Assembly (NCBI GenBank): GCA_964016885.1
Contig: OZ024740.1
Location: 210,118,001-210,182,000, forward strand
Direction: 5' to 3'
From: Eledone cirrhosa
Lineage: Eukaryota
DNA length: 64,000 nt
The notes beneath the pieces are model-generated. The model was not told the origin of the DNA, made no database searches, and saw nothing but the letters and a program-made list of their open reading frames with translations. Made by a program: the position numbers and the translations under genes. Below, piece after piece: positions 55,032-64,000 of this stretch (within the stretch, counting starts at the first letter, position 1; every line of letters starts with the position of its first letter).

Positions 55032-55370
55032 TTTTAACAAAATGAAAAATAACCGAGGTGTCCTACACGAGTGAAAGTATAAAGAAAAAAAGATGAAATC
55101 GAAAATGCAACTGGAGTCTTATTTAAAAAATATATATATATTTATTTGGTTCCTTTACCGGTTTCGCAGTTCTTCTGCTTTTCAAAAGTAGAGTTGGGAT
55201 GGAGCGTCTGTGGTTTTTCTCACATCTGATGTGAGAAAAACCACAGACGCTCCATCCCAACTCTACTTTTGAAAAGCAGAAGAACTGCGAAACCGGTAAA
55301 GGAACCAAATAAATATATATATTTTTTAAAAAATAAGACTCCAGTTGCATTTTCGATTTCATCTCTTTTT

Positions 55371-55375
<5 letters not shown>
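55032..55375. mobile_element. Fold-back element with two U3-A8 variant HHRs
   Basis: Centre at 55227; 55266-55301 (+) CTT-TTGAAAA-GCAG-AAGAA-CTGC-GAAA-CCGG-TA-AAG; mirror at 55153-55188. Confidence 0.78.
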
Positions 55376-55466
<91 letters not shown>

Positions 55467-55491
55467 GTATGTATATATATATATATATATA

Positions 55492-55891
55492 CGAGGGCAA
55501 TCCCAAAAGTAAGGTCTCCTTCCGATATTGCAACTTTTCCGTTAACCGTTAAAACCCTGTGGATGGTGCTTCGGGAAACCTCAAGAACCAAAATGCAGAG
55601 AGCATCCAGAGTGATCCGCCGATCTTTACGCATGTTTTCCTCGGAAGGAGACCTTACTTTTGGGATTGCCCTCTATATAATAACTGTGCGAAATTCGCAC
55701 TTGGCGGTAGCGTTCAACGGGAGCTCCATTCTCAACGGCTGCCAAGCCAAGATTGAGCATCCCAGCGAAGCGCGCGCATGCTTGTTTGGGAGTCAAGGAA
55801 GCACCAATCACAACAGTGTTGCCAACAGCCGTACGAACAGTTTCTCTGCGTCCCCATCGCTTTGGAGACCTTACTTTTGGGATTACCCTCG
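55492..55891 (-). mobile_element. Mariner derivative with three TIRs
   Basis: TA-CGAGGG(C/T)AATCCCAAAAGTAAGGTCTCC TIRs, with an extra TIR at 55647-55673; transposase remnant [11 protein letters not shown]…[10 protein letters not shown]. Confidence 0.85.
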
Positions 55892-55929
<38 letters not shown>

Positions 55930-56810
55930 AACACACGAGTATACTGCATGATGCAAAAGAAACAGAAAATGGTGAACTAATCTTATCTAGAAGACATATG
56001 AATGTAATACCTCATCATAAATCTTAGTATGACTGACATTAAGGACGTCTGAAATTCGATCGCTTCTTCCCATGGCACCTATATTCTAGTATTGACGATG
56101 TATGTATTAATGTGTGTGTGTGTCTGTGTGTCTGTGCGCGCGTGTATGTGTGTGTGTATGTGTGTGTGTGTGTGTGTGTAAGACAGGAAGAAGGTTTGCA
56201 TAAGTGTAAAAACTTCCGCATACGGGTGTACTTTTCTGGGTGATCACTTACATGTTTCACTATCTCTGTATCTATGTGAATTTTATTTTCGTTCATATGT
56301 ACATATCTATTAGTCAATTGGATGCTGTGTGTGTATGTATGGTAGTGTTTTTACTCTTGCGTGTAGTATGTGCATTATATATTCCAGTGTAGTGGTGTAT
56401 ATTTTCAATTTATATGTGTATGTGAGCATGCATGTGTGAACATATATAACTGAATATTTTCTTTTATATGTGTATATACTTATAGATGTATACTTTAGGC
56501 GGTGGATTGGCAAAGTCATTAGAACGTAGGATAGAGTACCTTGCAGTATTTGTTTCGACTCTCTGTGCTCCCTGAGATCAACTTTGGTTTTTATCCTTTC
56601 GAGGTCGAAGAAAACATACCTGACGTCGATTCTTCATCTATATTTCTTTCTCACTTCCTGTCACTATCTTTCTCTCTCTTTCTCTGGAAGTGATCAGTTG
56701 TGTTCAGACTTTGAGAGAGGATGGCTTCGCCAGATTTAAAGCTCCTTTACTAGTCCATCAGGAATTACGGGTCCGTACATACATAGATTATGTTTGAGTA
56801 TCAGTTACAT

Positions 56811-57011
56811 CAGGCATGTCAAATTGAGGGTTCTCCGAGGGCCACATGGGTCACATCTGTGTTGTCTGAGGGCCACACACGACAACTAATTGCGCACATT
56901 ACAACTAATTTTTAAAATTTTATATTACGAAGATAAAACATGCCCGCGCTGTAAAAACCTTTGTGCGGGCCGCAGATGAGCTTGTAAAGGGCCGCATGAT
57001 TGACATGTCTG
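56811..57011 (-). mobile_element. hAT MITE of the same family as 1884-2061
   Basis: TIRs plus a perfect 8-bp TSD AGTTACAT. Confidence 0.9.
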
Positions 57012-57212
57012 AGTTACATAATAGTAAAAATGAGTTCCTTACATTGTGTATCTGTGTTTGAGGCATTTGTGTATTTGTGAGTGTGGATTATATATGCACC
57101 AGCGTATGTACCCATGTTAGGAGCGGTGGAAGCATTTCTGAATTAGTGTGTGTGTGGGGGGGGGGGGGGGGCACATTTGGTCAATTTATTTGAAGCGATT
57201 AGTTTAGCTTTT

Positions 57213-57469
57213 AGTAGCTGAATGGCCCGGCGTTGCTCGGGATTCTAAACATAGATTGGCATGTTTATCCCTCCTTTCTGAAACAGTACAGAGAAGTACG
57301 GAATACCTCGGCCTCGGGATGGTGTCTACATTTTGCGCTTATAAAAAAAATTCGTCGTAGAATACCAGGGGTTTTTTCCGTGCGAAGAAAATCAATAATT
57401 TATCGCGAAATAAATACTTTTGTTTATATTTTGTTATTGTGTATGCAAAAATATCTGTACACGAATATA

Positions 57470-57515
<46 letters not shown>

Positions 57516-58017
57516 TTCAGTATTTTTCGTCGCTTTGGTCACTGCGGCCCGCCTATCGGTCGCTGTCTTCAATTTGCAAAGCTGTCTAAACGTAATGTTA
57601 TAACTCTAAGGTAATATACCTTATTGAGTGCTTAGCTGCACACCCCGATTGCATACGTTAGCTTGGCTGCAACCAGAACTTCGATGATGCTGTACTAAAT
57701 TTTGTATATATATATATATTAAAATAACAGATTAAAGTTTAAGCAAAGAATCACTGCTTTCACCATTAACGGGATCTTCTGAAACTAAAAAAATTAATCT
57801 GTGAACGCAGAAGTAAATATTTCGAAAAGCGTTACACACTATATATATAGATACACACTATATATATAAATATATACACAGACACATATAGCGTCATAAT
57901 TTCGTAATGCAGCCAGCCAGCCATACAGACAGATATTATAAGGGCGCAACGTTATATCTATGTATCTATCTAAAAAGAAAGACTAAGAATTATAGAGAGA
58001 GATCGCTAAATCGCCTA
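57213..58017 (+). mobile_element. Helitron-like element, 3'-truncated, with an internal (TA)n and a family B HHR fragment
   Basis: Colinear with 27203-27755 and 30411-30790. Confidence 0.65.
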
Positions 58018-58511
58018 AAATTGTAGCGTTTGTATAAATAGATGTGTGTTTTTGGTAGTTTGGGGAGAAAAATATAATTATTGGTGGGGCCATGCCCCAG
58101 TTCCACTGCCCCCTGATGCGTGTTTATGTACACTAGAAAATAACCATAAAACACGTTTTAGAATTCATATTCAGTCTTGGGCTGAAATAATTTTGAAGTT
58201 CTAACACTTGGAGAGAACATGTCAGCCTAACAAAACACATATCAACTCTTTTAACCTAATTCGGTCTTATCCATTTCTGTGTGAATGGAGCTTTGAAACC
58301 TTTCATTTACATTCACTTCTCTTATTCCATTTTTTCCATATGGTGCAGCTGAGATATATCGCTCAGACATATTGATGTACAGTCCTTCCATCATCTAATG
58401 TTAGTTTTTTTCTTTTTAATTGCAAAAATTATATAATTTAGTTGGAATTTGTTGAATAAAATTTCTTATATAAATTTAATTAACATGTATACTATAAAGG
58501 TACGTGTTAAT

Positions 58512-58598
<87 letters not shown>

Positions 58599-58605
58599 GC
58601 ACACA

Positions 58606-58701
<96 letters not shown>

Positions 58702-59846
58702 AGAGGTAGGCTGAAAAGTTCATTGGTATACTATAAAAGAGTGATGCTTGAGCTGTAAAATCTTGCATGCATTAATTTCAACTGTTCTTATTAATAGCTG
58801 CATAGTTTCTTTCCAGAGACTATGTTGAAAAATAAACCTAATTTGGTCTTCATGAGAGTATCTTGGTCAGCCTATGAATTTTGCAGCCAACCGTCTTATA
58901 TATAGAGTGTGCGTATGTATGTACTTCAATTGGTTACACATGTATGGTTGACCATCTGTGTGTCAATAGAGCTTTGAAACCTTTCATCCGCATTGACTTA
59001 TTCTAACAGGGGAGTAAGTTTTTAATAAAAAGTCCCAACTGCAATTAAAGACTCTCAGAAGGAGTTAATGGAGACTGTTTGACAAGAATAGTGTACAGTG
59101 AGATGGAAAGATCCAGTATTTAGTGATGCAACCGTTCTGATAATGATTTCTAATATAGGTACAAGGCCAGCAATCTAGAGGTGGGGAGCAGAAAGTCGAT
59201 TATATCGATCACAATACCTGACAGGTACTTTATTTTATCAACTTCGGAAGGATGAAAGGTAAAGTTGCCACGGCGGGTTTGAAATCAGAATGTAGAAGAC
59301 CATAACGAAATCCTGGAATACACTTCATCCGACGCTCTAACGATTCTGCCAACCTATCGCTATGAAATAAGGATTTCTGATAAGCACAAGGTTAGAAATC
59401 CGTCTGGGATGGGAAAATTGATTATATCAACCCCAGTACTTGACCAGTGCTATATTTTATGGCCTTTGGAAGGATGAAGGGCAAAGTTGATCTCGGTGGG
59501 ATTTGAACATAAAGGACCGTAACTAAATGCTGCAATGCATTTTGTCGAACATTCTAACAATTCTACCGTTTTTATAGTGATAGCAAAATATTTTATATGC
59601 ATAGGGATAGGAAGCATGTAGATATTTCCCCACACCCCACAAACGAAGACACACTTTCATGTGTGTCTGAGACTGGTGGGTCAATTATTTTTATAAATGC
59701 TTCTTGTCAGCATGTGCCTATCAATGTGTATATTTATGTTCAAATAGGGAGCTACACACATCTGCACCTAGGTATATTACATCTGTGTATATACTGGAAC
59801 CATATAAATAAACACATACTCATATATATATGTGTGTGTGTGTGTC

Positions 59847-59907
<61 letters not shown>

Positions 59908-61654
59908 CTGTGTGTGCGCGTGGAAATATACAAAGGTTTTAGTTCTGTGTATCTATAGCCCTAAAAAGAAGAGAACTAAATACCTTCTATAGAGTAATAT
60001 ATATTACAGGAATTTTACAGATCAAAATATCCCATGACTCACATTCTCCTCGGGTCTCGAATAATCACCCCTATTATTTATTTTTCAGCCCCCGCCCCCG
60101 CCCCGCCTCTCCCGCCTCGCTTATTAAATTTTGCAAATCTTCTCCGGCGAAATTTTCTCTTAATTTTCTTTATACATTAAAATCACATTATACATGACAA
60201 AAAAAGTATATTACTAGAAGAAATCCCATACGTTATAAAATATATAGGATGGGTTGGGGTCTCAATATGTCAATTAAACGATTAATTCTGGTTTAAAAAA
60301 AAAAATCAACGGAGACAACCTAGAAAAATTACCGACCTCCCTGCTTATTCCAACCCACCTCCTATTATTTGGGACTCGAGAGAAGTTTAGAACGGTCAGA
60401 AGAATCCCTAAATAAAACTACCAGTCACTCGAATATTTTCTCTACCTTAAAACAAGAAGTAAACGAAAAACTACGGGATTTAACGGTCGTTGCAAAGTTA
60501 GACAAATTTACACACATTTTTTAAAGATTATTTCATCAAGATTTCATTTCCTTTTAGAAAATGTTATAATCTTTTCAACATCAACTAATTTTCATTAGCT
60601 TTCCTAGAGCTTAACAGATTTTAAGTTCTAGAATCACAGAACACATTAAAATACACTGATAAAACTGAATGTGATATAGAATGAAACATTACTATTTAAT
60701 TCTTTGACTTAATGGCATAAAAATCAAACTGTTCCTTTACTTTTAAAACATGTATAAAACTTTAATGGCGTAAAAATCAAAGATTTCAGTTTTCATTTGA
60801 GAAATATTATATGATAATAAAAGAGGCGAATTGACAGAGTCATTAGAACGTCGGATAGGATGTGTTGTGGTATTCGTTCCGAGTTCAAATCCTGCCGAGG
60901 TCAATTTTGCCTTTCATCCTTTCGAGATCGATAAACAAGTACTTGTCTAGTACTGGGGTCGATTCTTCCTCCATATCTCTTTCTCACTTTCTATTCTTCT
61001 CTGGAAATAATCTGCTCTGCTCTCGCCTGGAGAGGTATGGGCTCCACCAGGCTTAAAATGTCTAAGAAACGCCGTATGTTACTACGACGCCTCTATGTCT
61101 CAATCAGGAGTTACGGGACCACATTGGCAGTATCGGTAGAGGGTCGGACGTCATGCTTTGACGCATAGAGTTACGGCCCTTGCCATTCTGAGTTCAAATC
61201 CCGCCGAGGTTAACTTTGCCTTTCATCCTTACGGGGTTGATAAAATAAAGTACCAGTAATGCACTGGGTAATTGCTGGCCTTGTGCCTAAAGTAGAAACA
61301 ATTATAATAAAGAAATAATTGTCATGTTTAGTGGTTAGAGTGTTCGGTTCATAATCATATGTTCGTGAGTTAGATTCCTGGCGTTGTACCCTTGAGCAAG
61401 AAACTTTATTTCACGTTGATTTAGTCCACTCAGAATACATAAGTTGTACCTGTAATTCAAAGAACTAACCTTGTCACATATTGTGTTTCGCTGAATCTTC
61501 CTAAGGACTACGTTAGAAGTACTTGTGGTGTCTGTGGAATACTCAGCCACTTGCGCGTTCGTTCCATTAGCCACTGTCCCGTTAATGGAGCAACTGGAAC
61601 GTTCCTCGTTGGATCCGATGATAGTCCAACACACACACACACACACACACACAC

Positions 61655-61732
<78 letters not shown>

Positions 61733-62634
61733 ACACACCTACACACACACACCTACACACCTACACACACACACACTCACACACACGCACACACACGCAC
61801 ACGTATACAAACACATACTCACACTTACACTCACACACACTTGCCATGTTTGGTGATGCGGCAACATGAAACACACCCATACACAAAATAAAAACAATAT
61901 TTTCTCTATTTAAGATATTTCCTCAACATAAGATTAATTTACATTTCTTACTTTAAACTACAACTTTGACTCTGGTTTGTATGTTATATGATTACGTGGT
62001 CGGATATTAAAATATTTCAAATTTGTTTTTATAGAAAGCCAGTCATTTTATAAATAGACTACAGCTTCGTTTGCAAATTTTAACCCTCTTTACTACACAT
62101 TTGTTTTCTTTCAGTTATAAATGAATGTATTTTTTTTTACAATTGCGAAATAAACGAAACTAACGCTTCTGCAATGTAGTTTATCAAAATTAATCTTAAT
62201 TTTGTTTTTATAATGTGCCTGCTTTCCATAAATTCTTTGGTGAAACATTGGCACTAAGTTTGTTGAATAGAATAATACATTTTAATCAAGATGGTTGTTG
62301 TCATATAAAAAATATTCTTCTACTGTAAAAATAAATAGCAAATTATTATATTAAAGTGCTAATAATAGATTACGTGTGGTGTAAATTGTCGGTCAGGTTG
62401 TGGAAAGGGGTAAGAGTGTGTGTGCAATAGAAAGCGGGAGAGAGAGAGAGCGAGAGAGGGGGAGAGGGGGAGAGGGAGAGAGAGACCGTGTGTGTGTGTG
62501 TCTGTGTGTGCCTGTGTGTTTATGTGGAGGGGTCGATATTTTGTTTTTTAAACCTACGCTGTACGAAAGATATTGCTTATTGTCACATAAATTAGTAAAA
62601 TATTTCATTAGAGGAGTTTCAATTATTTATTAAT

Positions 62635-62720
<86 letters not shown>

Positions 62721-62733
62721 TCATTTTATTATA

Positions 62734-62898
62734 TGGAGTTTCGCCTGTTTATCTCCAGGTGAAACTCCAGAGTAACTCACTATTTAGCATTAATAAAAAT
62801 GAATATTAAAACTCTACTTCGGTATTGAGTACTCCTTGTCTCAGTCGAGCACTCTGTTGAATAATGGTCTATCTAGTTGAACACTGGTTTAATCCTGA
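62734..62898 (+). mobile_element. Small fold-back element with the 3' half of an HHR
   Basis: Hairpin TGGAGTTTCGCCTG/CAGGTGAAACTCCA; GAAA-CTC-CA-GAG-TA; TATTGAGTAC in the tail. Confidence 0.55.
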
Positions 62899-64000
62899 TA
62901 TATATATATATAACACTCAAAATTCCATATTGATCTTTACTACTTGGTGGTTATTTCTAATTAAACCATAGAATGTCCAGGGCCTTAGCTAGATTTGAAT
63001 GAATGCGTCTCAGATGGCGTCTCAGAAAACAATTAGTGGAAATCTTATTGTTTTTCTTTTGCACCGGCATTGTTACGCACCCACGAATGCTAAAACACCT
63101 TATTTGTGTGAAATTCCTCAGAGCTAGTTGAGTAGGATTAGCTAATACGAGCATATGTAGTAAACTTACTAAAATACAGATTTACCAGATGCCTTATAAA
63201 TTAGATTAAATGTAATTTTGCTGAGGTGACTTACGTACATTCACCTAGTTCTAAATAATATCCTCTTTATAAATTGGGTGTTACTAAGAAATATATTTAT
63301 AACAGAACTGGTTGGTTGATAATACTGGACTGTTTGTTTCTATACTGCAAATATAGAGTAAGTCATGTATTTCAAACACTTATCAATGGGTCGGATGTCT
63401 GTAAGGTGGATAAAGGAAATATTATAGAATAGTCTGTCTATCGGGATATGAATGTTTAAATGTTAACACATGTTTACAATTTCCATGGAATTTCCTGAAG
63501 TTTTTGTTAATGAATAATGATTAATGTATACAAGCTGTGAAGGAGTGTGTACTTGTGAGTGGGTCATCTCTATTTGTGAGAGTGTAAATAATAAATGCTT
63601 TATGAAAATGTATTTTTATAAGATCTACGTATTGTTTGCCACATCAGCGTTGTTCGTTACGAGAACTTTCTAGAATTTATAAAGTTAAGTAGAACTGTTA
63701 TAAATTACATGCATTATTGGTAGAGGATATAGACCGTGAATTGATGGAATCGGTAAAGAATCGGCTCAAATGCTTTATACCACATAGTTCTGGCCCTTTA
63801 AGTTCTGATTTCAAATCCCACCGAAACTAACTTTGCCTTTCATCTTTCTGGGGTCGATAAAATAAAGAACCAATAACGTGCTGGGGTCGTTATAATCGAC
63901 TTTCCCCTTCCCCTAAATTGATGGCCTTGTGTCTAATTTAGAAATCCTTATTAGTAGGGTGTAGATTGGCGGAATCGTTACAGCGTCGGACAAAATGCTT

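Overview
AT-rich, microsatellite-dense eukaryotic DNA, probably intronic or intergenic. The repeat content resembles a coleoid cephalopod (octopus-like) genome; this is an inference. No complete host gene is visible, only two candidate small exons. Most ORFs in the track are artefacts of (TA)n, (CA)n, (GA)n and (TATG)n repeats. Real coding remnants come from a GIY-YIG Penelope-like element (PLE), RTE LINEs, a hAT transposase and a mariner transposase. The main signal is that many (TA)n tracts hold short fold-back (inverted-repeat) elements from unrelated families, and about 13 of these families carry type I hammerhead ribozyme (HHR) motifs that I folded by eye. These include a tandem pair 344 nt apart, a U3-A8 core covariant and forms with a long stem II. 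Several families share a TTGAGTRC motif in their unpaired tail. Other notable items: a Helitron-like element with an internal (TA)n landing pad and a captured HHR, two hAT copies with reciprocally swapped target-site duplications (TSDs), SINE palindromes and a (TATG)n-associated RTE derivative. Coordinates were counted by hand and may be off by a few bases.
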